Of a stretch of DNA of 64,000 bases, positions 37,537-48,500 are shown in pieces. The position numbers and the translations under genes were made by a program. The first letter of the stretch is position 1. Each line of letters starts with the position of its first letter. This DNA is from Spirochaetota bacterium (lineage in GTDB: Bacteria; Spirochaetota; UBA4802; UBA5550), in NCBI GenBank assembly GCA_963664815.2, contig CAXXHB010000003.1, forward strand, positions 3,072,001 through 3,136,000. Reading direction: 5' to 3'. The notes beneath the pieces are model-generated. The model saw only the letters and a list, made by a program, of their open reading frames with translations. It was not told the origin of the DNA and searched no databases.

Positions 37537-40500
37537 TAAATCCTCCTTCCGGCAGGCAACGTAATTATAAAATTCGTGCCGGCTCCCGGCGATGATTCAA
37601 CCGAAATAGTACCCCCATGACCGTCAACTATTATATAATACGAAACAGACAGCCCGAGTCCCGTTCCTACTCCCGGTTCCTTTGTTGAAAAAAAAGGTTC
37701 AAAAATCCTTCTTCTTGTCAGTTCATCCATACCGGGGCCGTTATCTCCTATTTCTATTCTGACACCGCCGTCAGTTTTCAATGTTTTTATTGATATCTCG
37801 TGTTCACGTGAGCGGTTATGCCCGGACGAATCCATAGCCTGAGCCGAGTTTTTGAACAGGTTAAGGAAAACCTGCTCAACGGGCGTCTCCGCACACTGAA
37901 TTTCCGGAAGATCACCAAAGTCTTTTATTATTCGAATATTCCTGAAATCATATTTCCTCCGGAGATCGTAATCGTTTGACGCAAGATCAAGCGCTTTTTC
38001 AATAAGCGTGTTTATGTTAATATATGCAAATTTTGACTCTGTACCACGGCTGAACTGCAGCATATTGCCCACAATCCTTGCTGCCCTTTCACCTGCTTCT
38101 CTGATTGAATCGAGGTACCTGTCTATTCTGCGCGATTTCACATATTCCCTTATATCAGACAATGCTGTTCCTGCTGCATAAGCGGCATTGAGATTACCAG
38201 GAATGTCATCCATCAGGCGGTGAATAGCATTTTCGGCATTCTGCATTATTATTCCCAGAGGATTGTTTATCTCATGTGCCATTCCCGCGGCGAGCCCCGC
38301 TACAGTTATCATTTTTTCAGACTGTATAAGCATCTCCTGCGTTTTAATTCTTTCCGTAACATCATCCATCAGACATTCAATATATTCGGGAGTTCCGTCA
38401 GACTTCGCGACCATCCTCAGGTTGAGACCTCCCGTAAATTCCGTACCATCGCGCCTTTTAAGCTGAACAATACAGTTATGCGGATTTTCCCCGGAAAACA
38501 TACTTTCCCTTACTGCAAACCAGTCGCTTTTTGAAACATAAACATTCGACGTGTTATTCGAGAGAGCCGATTTGGCTTCTTCCTCTGTACTATAACCGAA
38601 TATCCGCAGGCAGGCAGGATTGATATCAATGAAACGTCCATCTATACCGGAACGCATATAACCTATGGTCATATTATTAAATATATTCCTGAATTTTTCC
38701 TCACTTTCCCTCAAAGCTTCAACGGCAAGCTTTCTTTCAGTTATATCTTCAATAATCAAAACAACATTGCTCACTTCACCGCTGTTGCTCCTGAGCGGAT
38801 ATGCCCTCCCGGTAAGCCAGAACATATCAACCCTGTGTCCGGCAGATGGCGGGTTATAGCGTTGTTCCGGGAAGTCAACCGGATTCCCCTTAAATGCCAT
38901 TTTAATCAGATCAGTGACAACCGCTACCTGCCGGTCCATAAAAATGTTATATTTACCAATAGCCTTTTTCTTATCGACGCCCCACATTCTCACCCATGCC
39001 TCATTGGCGTCAGCCATATATCCGCTGTTGTCAAGTATAACCATTGGAAGCGTTGACTGTTCCATTACAGCTTTGAATTTAAGTTCGCTTTCACGAAGTG
39101 CCTTTTCAGCACGATTCAATTCTGTCACATCATTAAATGTCGCACAAAATCCCGCAGAGTAGTCTGCAGGATCGACCGGCGTGAGACTGAGAAGGCAGTT
39201 TAATATCTCACCGGACTTAGTCAATACAGTTCCTGTTGCAATCCCGTGCCCCTCTCTGAACATCATGCCGTAAAGTTCACGTCCCACGCGTTCGTTCTCC
39301 TGATCACTGATATAGAGAATCCCTGTAGGACAGCCAATAAGTTCATATTCTTCATAGCCAAGAAGGTTACACAGATACTTGTTTACCTTTGTAAACCTGC
39401 GGTCAACTATCATACCCACACCCACAAGAAGAGCATTAAAAAGACTTTTCAGTTCCGATTCATTCTTACGGAGAGCCTCTTCTGCCTCTTTGAGTTCGGT
39501 TATCTCCGTAATTATTGTCAGAGTACACTCTTCATCATTGATAATTATTGGATATATCGACGCCAGTTCGTGTAAAATCTTACCATGGCTGCCTTTTAAT
39601 CTGAAATGAAACCGGTCAACATACCCATCTCGTTCAAATTCCTCCTTAATAAGCGATATGTCCTGCGGATCAACCAGCTCTGAAAAATCTGAATGTGTGT
39701 GATTTATCACATTCTCTTTTTTCAAACCACTTTTTTCCAGATACTTCCTGTTAACATCAACGAATTTACCGTCACTGTTTCTGTTTATAGAGATTGAATA
39801 CGGTGAATTCTCAAAAATAGTACGGAATTTTTCCTCCCTTTCATGAATCTCCCTGTCAGCTTTTTTTCTCTCAGAAATGTCTCTGACAATACCCAGCGCA
39901 GCAGTATAGCTGCCACCGGCATCTTTTATAAGAAAAGACCTCATTTCTACCGGTATTAAAACACCATCTTTCCTTATATACTCCTTTTCATAAACATCGG
40001 AATAACCCCTTACCAGAAGCTGTTCCATCAGGACTGATTCCTCATCTTCTATCCATTTTTCGGGAGAGATATCCCTGTATGTAAATATTTTTAACTCATC
40101 CCCGGTATAACCAAGAAGCTCCTGATATGCACGGTTTGAATCAATGATATATCCCTGCATATTGACAACAACAACCGCATCCATAATGCTTTCATAAAGT
40201 CCCCTGTATTTACTTTCGCTTTCAATAAGGCTTTTTTGCGTTTCAAAAAGCTCCTGATTTATTGCCTCCATTTCCTCAAAGGCTGCCTGCATCTCTTCAT
40301 TGACAGATTCAAGCTCCTGCTTCTGCCTGTTGATGTTGATATTTGCTTCATAAAGCCTGAAGGCCATCTTTATCGCTGTTATGAGAACCGTTTCACCTGT
40401 GCTTTTTACTACAAACCCATAGGAAACAACCCTTTCAATTTTCTTCAGAATATCCTTTTCAGTATGAACTGACAGAAAAACAACAGGAATATCTCTGCGG

Positions 40501-40727
40501 CGAAGAATCGCATCTGCAGTTTCAACTCCATCCATTATGCCGTTAAGAGTTATATCAGTAAGCACAAGATCAATAGAATCATTACTTATAACTATCTCCA
40601 GTGCATCCTCCCCATTAACGGTTAAAAGTACATTATATCCGTTCTTCTCAAGAATCTCTCTCTCAAGCTTAGCAGTTATCTCTTCATCCTCGATCAGAAG
40701 TATTGTTTTATTTCCTTGGTTTTTCAT
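37536..40727 (-). CDS. Cytoplasmic kinase: REC + 5 PAS + HisKA + HATPase
   Basis: N-terminal REC (LIEDE, LTDITL), five PAS-PAC units ending DISERK/EITELK/DVTELN/DITERK/DVTER, H-box GMAHEINNP, DNGPG, GTGLGLS. Confidence 0.9.
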   Translation of the reverse strand: MKNQGNKTILLIEDEEITAKLEREILEKNGYNVLLTVNGEDALEIVISNDSIDLVLTDITLNGIMDGVETADAILRRRDIPVVFLSVHTEKDILKKIERVVSYGFVVKSTGETVLITAIKMAFRLYEANININRQKQELESVNEEMQAAFEEMEAINQELFETQKSLIESESKYRGLYESIMDAVVVVNMQGYIIDSNRAYQELLGYTGDELKIFTYRDISPEKWIEDEESVLMEQLLVRGYSDVYEKEYIRKDGVLIPVEMRSFLIKDAGGSYTAALGIVRDISERKKADREIHEREEKFRTIFENSPYSISINRNSDGKFVDVNRKYLEKSGLKKENVINHTHSDFSELVDPQDISLIKEEFERDGYVDRFHFRLKGSHGKILHELASIYPIIINDEECTLTIITEITELKEAEEALRKNESELKSLFNALLVGVGMIVDRRFTKVNKYLCNLLGYEEYELIGCPTGILYISDQENERVGRELYGMMFREGHGIATGTVLTKSGEILNCLLSLTPVDPADYSAGFCATFNDVTELNRAEKALRESELKFKAVMEQSTLPMVILDNSGYMADANEAWVRMWGVDKKKAIGKYNIFMDRQVAVVTDLIKMAFKGNPVDFPEQRYNPPSAGHRVDMFWLTGRAYPLRSNSGEVSNVVLIIEDITERKLAVEALRESEEKFRNIFNNMTIGYMRSGIDGRFIDINPACLRIFGYSTEEEAKSALSNNTSNVYVSKSDWFAVRESMFSGENPHNCIVQLKRRDGTEFTGGLNLRMVAKSDGTPEYIECLMDDVTERIKTQEMLIQSEKMITVAGLAAGMAHEINNPLGIIMQNAENAIHRLMDDIPGNLNAAYAAGTALSDIREYVKSRRIDRYLDSIREAGERAARIVGNMLQFSRGTESKFAYININTLIEKALDLASNDYDLRRKYDFRNIRIIKDFGDLPEIQCAETPVEQVFLNLFKNSAQAMDSSGHNRSREHEISIKTLKTDGGVRIEIGDNGPGMDELTRRRIFEPFFSTKEPGVGTGLGLSVSYYIIVDGHGGTISVESSPGAGTNFIITLPAGRRI

Positions 40728-40906
40728 AAATATTTATGTAAGTAATTTTTTTTTAATATACATATCTTTCAGACGCTTTTCGTCGAAAATTCTCCGGAAA
40801 AGTTGAAAAAACAGCTTAAAATTGAATAAATTGCTAAAAAATCCTTATCAGAAATTTATAACGCTCCGACAATGTAGCAAAGAGACTGAACAAGGAGGTT
40901 CTGGTC

Positions 40907-41194
40907 ATGAATATCAACATCAACTCCAATTACAATACCAATGAAATGATAAATATCAGGTTATCGCCTGATAAAGTTAAAAGCGGGGAAGTTACCCTCT
41001 CTATGTCCAGTTCCGGTACTATAGCTGACGAAACTTCGCGTTATGAAAAAGAAAAAATCCGAGAACAAATACAGCAGGCTGCAACTATGGATGTATCAGA
41101 AGTAAAAGATTTCCTCTTTATGCTTATCGGAGCTGAAGTAAAAGTAAAACCTGAAAACGACAAGTCAGGGTTATTGATTAACAGGCTTGTATAA
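40907..41194 (+). CDS. Small hypothetical protein (95 aa)
   Basis: Strong AAGGAGG RBS 8 nt upstream of ATG. Standalone ORF in otherwise intergenic space. Confidence 0.75.
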   Translation: MNININSNYNTNEMINIRLSPDKVKSGEVTLSMSSSGTIADETSRYEKEKIREQIQQAATMDVSEVKDFLFMLIGAEVKVKPENDKSGLLINRLV

Positions 41195-41510
41195 GTCCGT
41201 TAATCAATTCTATTATAGAACAATTCCCATTCATTCTTTTTTTTCTTCACGCATAAAAATTTATTGACCTTTCAGATAAAATTTGTACATTTTTATAAAA
41301 TAACGGTTCCATATCCATTTTAAATTATATATAAATTTATTTTTCTTATATCCAGTTTATAAAATTATTAAATAATATTATAAACTGATGACGAGTATTA
41401 TATATATGGTTAGTCTTTTTATCTGTTGAGGTTTATTTTAAATTATAACGGGAATTCAGGTATAATTTAACAGGTGAATAACTACAAATTTTTTACAGGA
41501 ATAATTGAGT

Positions 41511-41633
41511 ATGAGTAAAGAACTTCAGGAAAAAGCTGATAAAATAGTTCAGGAACTTCAGGAAGCGCTTATCCCGATCAGAAAAGAAATTAATACTATA
41601 AACAGCAGAAATAGCGGCGGAAGAAGAATTTAA
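41511..41633 (+). CDS. Unannotated 40-aa helical peptide
   Basis: MSKELQEKADKIVQELQEALIPIRKEINTINSRNSGGRRI. AGGA upstream, protein-like composition inside an AT-rich spacer. Below the ORF-track cutoff. Confidence 0.55.
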   Translation: MSKELQEKADKIVQELQEALIPIRKEINTINSRNSGGRRI

Positions 41634-41706
41634 TCATTATCATTTATCCCACCGAATATCCTTAATATTTCTGGCACGTATATACATATACAATGAGGTA
41701 ATTTCT

Positions 41707-42324
41707 ATGCCACCAAAAGGTGAAAAACGCAAACAGCAGATCATAGACATAGCAAAAGACATGTTCATAACCAGAGGATTCCAAAGCACTCATATCGGAC
41801 AGGTATGTGAAGAGCTTGATATTGCCAGGGGAACTGTTTACCAGTATTTCAGCAATAAAAAAGAAATTCTTTACGCCATTCTTGAAACAGTAGCTGAAAC
41901 CATTGAAGATATTCTCGATCCCGATGACCTGAAGGAGTTCCTCAGAATTAAACCTGATCACGCTACAATCATCAAGTTTGTCGATAACAGAATTTCCTCA
42001 TGTCTCTCTGTTTTTGCAAGTGAACCAATAGTAATAAGACTTATATACAGAGACATAGCCGGCATTGATGAAGAGGTCTCAGTAAAGGTTGCTATTTTCC
42101 TGGAAAAAATAAGTTCAATTATATCGAAGGAAATTGAAGTACTCCGTAATAACAATATTTTTAAAAGCGAAATAGAACCTGACATTGCCGCTTCAATGCT
42201 TGTTGGCGGGATCATGATGATTGTATATAAATACAGTGTGAAAAACAAGGATTACCAGAATAAAGTCGTTACAAAGGCTATGTCAGTTCTTTATCTTCAT
42301 GGAGTTTATGAAAATTTTGCGTGA
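41707..42324 (+). CDS. TetR/AcrR-family regulator
   Basis: RKQQIIDIAKDMFITRGFQSTHIGQVCEELDIARGTVYQYFSNKKEIL. GAGG RBS. Confidence 0.9.
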   Translation: MPPKGEKRKQQIIDIAKDMFITRGFQSTHIGQVCEELDIARGTVYQYFSNKKEILYAILETVAETIEDILDPDDLKEFLRIKPDHATIIKFVDNRISSCLSVFASEPIVIRLIYRDIAGIDEEVSVKVAIFLEKISSIISKEIEVLRNNNIFKSEIEPDIAASMLVGGIMMIVYKYSVKNKDYQNKVVTKAMSVLYLHGVYENFA

Positions 42325-43646
42325 TTGAATTCAGAAAAATCTCCATAATAATTGTATCTTTTCTTTTACTTTTCCTTTTTGACGGTTTACCGGCGGAACT
42401 CATTAAGGACAAAGATATTGTTTCCGCCGTTTTAGACGGTGATGCACCTGAATTTCAGAATGCTGTTGAATATATTAAACTGAACCATCCCGCCGCTATC
42501 CCTGCAAAACTGAAGGAAGAGTATCTGGATGACGACGATAAAGAGATAAGAACAAGAATTATTACCGCTCTCAGGGAGTACCCTTTTCAGGATCAGTCTG
42601 CGCTATGGACTGAAATGCTCCGGTCTGCAAAGGATAAGGATTCCGAAATTGAACTTATTGATTTGCTGGCCGGTACAAAATCCGTTGCTTTTACAGTGCC
42701 TATTGCAGAAAAGCTTCTTGTTCCAAGAGCAGAGGTAAGGGAAAAAGCCGCTATGTCTCTCAAAAAGAACGGAGACGACAGGGTATTCCCAGTTATTCTT
42801 TCTTTAATGCAGAGTAAAAATCCCATAGACAGGATATATTTTCTAGAAGCACTTAATTACCTCTACGATGTCAGATTTCAGAAAATAGCAATCTCGATGC
42901 TTGAAGATGCAAACAAATCTGTAAGAATATATGCCATCAAATGTGTAAACAACAACGCCGTTAAAGAAGCACTCCCCGCACTGAGAAAGCTTGTTTTGAA
43001 AGACGACAACAACGAAACAAGGAAAATGGGAATAGCATCTCTTGTATCATTTAAAGATACACAGTCATCTCCGATGCTGACCGGTATCCTGAAAGATCAG
43101 AATGCAGAAGTAAGACTCGAAGCAGTAAGGGCACTTGGTGAACTGAAATACTATACAGCAGCGGGTTCATTATCCGAGATGCTCATGAAAGACGAAAAAC
43201 CTGAAATAAAAGATGCGGTTCTTGATACGCTTATTTCATTTAAAAAAGCTGGTAACATAAGAGGATTGAAATATATAATCAACAACGACCCGGATCCGGG
43301 GATGAGAATCAAGGCTGTCTACGCCATTGGCGAGATAAACGAAGAGAGTGCATCTCTTGGAATTCTGAAAGAGGCAATACTCGATGAAAACTACAAGGTA
43401 CGCGGGGAGGCTTGCAGCGCTCTGAAATCAATAAAAAAAGGTGCAGTCTCAGAGATACTTATAAACCAGATTAAAACAGACAAATCAAGATACGTCAGAA
43501 GCGCGGCTCTTTACTCACTTGTAAAAATCAATGATTCAAAGAATGTAATTAAATTTTTTGACCTATACTCAACCGAAGAGGAACCTTTATTTAAAGAGAT
43601 ACTTCGTGAAACAGTCAAAAACAGTCTTAAAAAGTTTATCCGGTAG
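42321..43646 (+). CDS. Exported HEAT-repeat (PBS-lyase-like) protein
   Basis: Signal peptide, then ~31-aa repeats (EVREKAAMSL, SVRIYAIKCV, EVRLEAVRALG, GMRIKAVYAIG, KVRGEACSAL, YVRSAALYSL). GTGA overlap with tetR. Confidence 0.85.
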   Translation: MIEFRKISIIIVSFLLLFLFDGLPAELIKDKDIVSAVLDGDAPEFQNAVEYIKLNHPAAIPAKLKEEYLDDDDKEIRTRIITALREYPFQDQSALWTEMLRSAKDKDSEIELIDLLAGTKSVAFTVPIAEKLLVPRAEVREKAAMSLKKNGDDRVFPVILSLMQSKNPIDRIYFLEALNYLYDVRFQKIAISMLEDANKSVRIYAIKCVNNNAVKEALPALRKLVLKDDNNETRKMGIASLVSFKDTQSSPMLTGILKDQNAEVRLEAVRALGELKYYTAAGSLSEMLMKDEKPEIKDAVLDTLISFKKAGNIRGLKYIINNDPDPGMRIKAVYAIGEINEESASLGILKEAILDENYKVRGEACSALKSIKKGAVSEILINQIKTDKSRYVRSAALYSLVKINDSKNVIKFFDLYSTEEEPLFKEILRETVKNSLKKFIR

Positions 43647-45504
43647 CCCCCCAGATTTTCCGTCTCAGCCCGCTCATCCTCTTCGCCGGAGTCAGAATCA
43701 TATCTTTTAAAACATCTTCTCCTGATGCTATAATAACTCCACAGCGCGCCCTTGTTACCGCGGTATAAAGCAGCTCCCTTGTCATGATCATGTTCCATTT
43801 ATCAGGCATTACGACAAGAACATTGTCAAATTCAGATCCCTGGCTTTTATGAATAGTCATGGCAAATGCCGTCTCATGCTCAGGCAGCCTTGACGGGTTT
43901 ATACTCCTCGTTTTACCCTCCCCGTCAGAGAAAACCACATCTGCATGGTTATTTCCTGAAACTATACCGATGTCGCCATTAAACAGCGAAAGCGGATAAT
44001 CGTTACGCGAAATCATAACAGGACGGCCCGGATAGAACTTTCCAGCCGGTTCAATAACTCCCATATTATAAAGCACATTCTCCGCCATTGCATTCATCCC
44101 CTCAATTCCTGACCAGCCTCTCCTTAATGCTGTTAATATTGAAATTCCGTTTATCAGTTTTGAAATCTTTTCTTCAATCGGAACACCGGAATAGTCCAAT
44201 ACAGAAATAAAGCTCCGGGCTATATTCCTGTAGCTGTTGGACACAGCTTCTATTGAAATTCCATCAGTCATATACACGTCGGGGTAACTTTCATCATGCA
44301 GAATATCTACCGCTCCATCTGCATCCCCGTTTTTAACAAGTTCTGCAAGAATTCCAATACCGGTTTTCCCTCCAAATCTCCAGCTTTTCTTCAGAACAAC
44401 CTGAGCGTCATTCATCGGTCCCGGTTCAGCATTTTCCGCCTCCGGGACAGATATGTTAATTCCTAGATGACTCCTTCCGCGATCAAGGAATCTTTTTGTA
44501 TACACATCATCCATTAAACCGCATAAATCGCCGAAAACCGCCCCCCCTTCAACAGAAGAAAGCTGGTTCCTGTCGCCAAGAAGTATAACCTGCGCGCCCG
44601 GTTTTAACGCATCTAACAGTCTGCACATAAGCGCCATATCCCCCATGGAACACTCGTCAACTACAATAACGTCGTGCGGAAGAGGATTATTCTTATTGTG
44701 CCTGAATTCATGAGAATCCTTTAAAGATCCCAGTAGTCTGTGTATGGTAAATGTTTCTGAAGGTATACTCATTTTTATATCATCTCCGACAGGGAGACCG
44801 GAAAGGACAGAACTCACCGCATCCTTTAAGCGTGCAGCAGCCTTCCCGGTTGGCGCTGCCAGTGAAATTGAAACATCTCTTCCGCTTTTTATTCCAGATT
44901 CCACAATCAGCGCAAGTATCTTTACAACTGTAGATGTTTTGCCGGTACCGGGTCCTCCTGAAATTACAGTTATACCACCTGAAAGCGCGGAATAAGCTGC
45001 CACTCCCTGCCAGTCTGTTTCACCATCTGCAGATGGGAAAAGAATGGAAAATGTGTTTTTTATGTCTGAAATATCCCCGGCATCTGATTTATTCACGGCC
45101 AGTCGTTTTATGTTTTCTGCGAGGAGGTTCTCAAATGAATTATACTTATGGAAATAGAGATTATTACCATCTTCAAGTATCAGCGGAAGATAGTCTCCCT
45201 CAACCCCCACTGCTTTACTTTTATCCAGAACACTGAGTATCTCCTTTTTGGAAGGTATTAATATATCCCTGTAATTATTTTCATCATCACTATCTTCCCC
45301 GAAAAAATATGAAAGTGGTTTTTCAGCAACATCATCAAGTGATAGGCATACATCACCGCTGTTCAACCTGCTGCTGAGCATCATCACTGTGAGTTTAAAC
45401 AGCGGTGATTCTTCACCACCGGCAGCTGACAGAAATTCCGACAGATGAATATCTATATCGCTGAAGAATCCGCTTTTTTTCAGATCCGCTGCTGTAAACT
45501 TCAT
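43636..45504 (-). CDS. recD: Exodeoxyribonuclease V alpha subunit
   Basis: SGGPGTGKT, AAPTGKAAARL, TIHRLLG, VVDECSM, GDRNQLSSVE, AMTIHKSQGSEF, RELLYTAVTRA. Confidence 0.95.
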   Translation of the reverse strand: MKFTAADLKKSGFFSDIDIHLSEFLSAAGGEESPLFKLTVMMLSSRLNSGDVCLSLDDVAEKPLSYFFGEDSDDENNYRDILIPSKKEILSVLDKSKAVGVEGDYLPLILEDGNNLYFHKYNSFENLLAENIKRLAVNKSDAGDISDIKNTFSILFPSADGETDWQGVAAYSALSGGITVISGGPGTGKTSTVVKILALIVESGIKSGRDVSISLAAPTGKAAARLKDAVSSVLSGLPVGDDIKMSIPSETFTIHRLLGSLKDSHEFRHNKNNPLPHDVIVVDECSMGDMALMCRLLDALKPGAQVILLGDRNQLSSVEGGAVFGDLCGLMDDVYTKRFLDRGRSHLGINISVPEAENAEPGPMNDAQVVLKKSWRFGGKTGIGILAELVKNGDADGAVDILHDESYPDVYMTDGISIEAVSNSYRNIARSFISVLDYSGVPIEEKISKLINGISILTALRRGWSGIEGMNAMAENVLYNMGVIEPAGKFYPGRPVMISRNDYPLSLFNGDIGIVSGNNHADVVFSDGEGKTRSINPSRLPEHETAFAMTIHKSQGSEFDNVLVVMPDKWNMIMTRELLYTAVTRARCGVIIASGEDVLKDMILTPAKRMSGLRRKIWGATG

Positions 45505-48500
45505 TTAAATAACCCCGTTGAAATATGCATCCATTTTATTTATTACACCGATCTCAGGCTTGTCGCGAAAAATTCCTGTGCTGCCCGGGCTATCCGGATT
45601 CATCCCCCTGACAAAAAAGTAATACACGCCGCCAAATTGTTCTTCATAGCTATATCCGGGAAGCCTCAGTTTCAGATACCTGTTCAGCGCAACGGTATAT
45701 ATATAGTATTGAAGAAAATAATTATGCCTCTCCATTTCTGCACCGATTTGCTCCTGCGAGTATTCTGCATATGAATTGCCAAGATGGTTGGACTTCCAGT
45801 CGGCTATATAGAATTTATTGCTATGCTGAAAGACAAGGTCAATAAAACCTTTCATCATTCCCCCCGGTTCGGACCGGTTATCAGCCAGATTGCGATAAAT
45901 CTTATCACAGTATCCCCCTCCACCCCGGAAGATCTCCCTGAACCTTCCGGAGTCAAAAGACTCCACGGGGAAATTAAACTCCAGCTCGCTAAGCCTTGAA
46001 ATGCTGTTTATGCCGGAAAGTTTAAGTCCCGAGTTTTCATCCAGAGTACAGTTTACAACATTGAAAAACATGTCTGAAATATGAACCTTCGATGAAACAT
46101 CAAACCTGTACTTATCAAGAACCATGCCGCATATATCATCAACATCTTCACGCCCTTTAACAGTAAAATCAGATTTTTCAAAAACTTCATGTATGCATAA
46201 ACCGGCCCTTGCCCCCGTTTCAAAACCAAAAATACCTGTTCCTTTCCCCTTACGCGCATGATACTCTGACTGGAAATCCTTCTCGTCTGATACTTCACTC
46301 ATAGCAGAAGATGCACCGGCTGCTATTGCACTGTAACTATGCGTTTTCCAGACACCCTTTACATCACCAGAGAACTCTCTGGCGGCAATTACATCAGCAG
46401 GATACTGTTCTGATATATATTGTTTCCCCTGTAAAACAACACCCCGGGTAAAGCTTATTTTTCCGTCAGAATCTGAGGAAAGAGCAGAAAGAGCTTTAAC
46501 AAGATTCTCTCTATCCTTACCGGTCGCATACCCCGAATCCTTTACAAAAATGTGATACGCCGCCGAACCGGTAAATAATTTATTAGGGGCAAACATTACA
46601 CGACACGCCGATCTCGCCCTTGTAAGTGCGACATACAGCAGCCTTACGTTTTCAGCAAGATCCTCTTTCTTTCTGGTATTTCTGACATCTTCAGGAACAT
46701 TTTTATCGATGTAAATAACCGGTCTGTATTCCTCTTTTTCATCGTGATATATTATATAATTATCACTATTGTCACCGCTACGACCAAGAAACGGGCAATA
46801 TACTATCGGAAACTCAAGCCCCTTACATGCATGCATTGTGATGATATTAACAGCATCATCATCACGTTCAAGACGCATGGAATATTTATCATCATCCGGT
46901 GGTGAAGCAATTGTATTTGCAAACCAGCCTACGAGTTCCTTCGGGATTAATCCCCTTTCATGTTCCTCCTGTTGCAGAATCTCTGCCATCTGATTTATAT
47001 TCGCAATCATTCTTTCCCCTCCTTTAAAAGAGAAAAGTCTGGAAGGTACAGACTCTCCTTCCATAAAAGCAGTTATCATGCTCAGGAATCCACCGTTAAT
47101 CCATATCTCCCTGTATGTATAAAATCTCGAAGCAAGAGTATCAAGCTCGTCAGTATCCTCAGAATGTTTTATAAAGCAGAACAGAGATTCAGCATTTCCC
47201 CCCATAACATCAGTTGAGGCTGCGGCCCTGACAAGCGCAGAAACCGAAGGTTCAGCAATTGCGGCAGAAATAAAATAAAGAGAGCGCGCCTCTTCTGTAT
47301 TGAGAACATTATCCATACCACGCGATACAGAGGGGATGGAATACCTGGAAAACGAATCCCTGACCTCTGCTGCCTGTCTGCCGGTTCTTACAAGAACAGC
47401 AATATTACCGGGGTTGATGCTTTTTTCACCAAGTTTATAGGGATTATCTCTCCCCCTGTTAATCATAAGCGATATCTCTGCAGCAAGCTGTTCCATCAGG
47501 TCTCTCCCTGCGTCAGGATTATCATCAGCAAGCCATATGTCAAGTGGAGTCGCAGGTTTTCCGCTTTTCAGGAGAATTTCCCCCTGGTTATCATCTCCGG
47601 GCCTCACCGGATGGAATTCGATCCTTTCGAATACGAAAGGGTTTGTGCATTTTTCAAACACCGAATTGATGCAAGCAATAAGCTCCCTTCTGGAACGCCA
47701 GTTGCTAGCAAGACTGTACCTGTTTTTCACATGATCAGCAGCCCTCAGGTATGAGAAAATGTCGGCCCCGCGGAATCTGTATATGGCCTGCTTTGGATCA
47801 CCGATGAGGAAAAGAATTGTATTTTCATTATTAAAAAGACGGTTGAATATATAGAACTGGAGATCATCGGTATCCTGAAATTCATCAATAAGGGCAGCCC
47901 TGTATCGTGAAGCAACTTTAGCAGCAAGAAGCTTTCCGGAAGGACTGTCCAGACCGTTCTTTGCATCTTTAATCAGGTCATCAAAAGACCTGCTACACTT
48001 TACATTTCTCTTTTCGCGTATAATATTGTCTATTTTCTCAAAAAGTCTTTTTTTCACCTGCACGAGGATTGATCTTCCCTTTTCATAATAATTATCATAC
48101 TCATTATATAATTCCTGACATATATCAAAAACTTCAGATTCCTGATACTCACGCCCTTTGAGAAGCGAATTCCTTATTTTATCCGATGTATAATTCTGAA
48201 ATTTATCAAATATTGCAAAGGGATTTTCACCTGCAACATATTCATCCATACTTTCAACAAGTGCATCCTTAGATTCATCTTTGTAGATATTACCCTTCAA
48301 AAAATTTTCCCTGAAGATTATTTCAACGACCTCTGTTTTGCATCTCTTCCATGCATCTGACAGTTTACTATAAAGTGAGAAAATAATTTTATAACTACTC
48401 TCAAGGTGTTTTATGTCTGCACCCTGTGTATCCGGTTCGATCCGCAGATCATCAGAAAGAGGCCTTTTCCTGTAGAGCTTAACAAGTTCATCAGGTGAGC

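Noticed and set aside
41671-41688. Sigma-54 promoter (TGGCACG) upstream of tetR
   Set aside because: The -24 element matches, but the -12 position reads TACA instead of TTGC.
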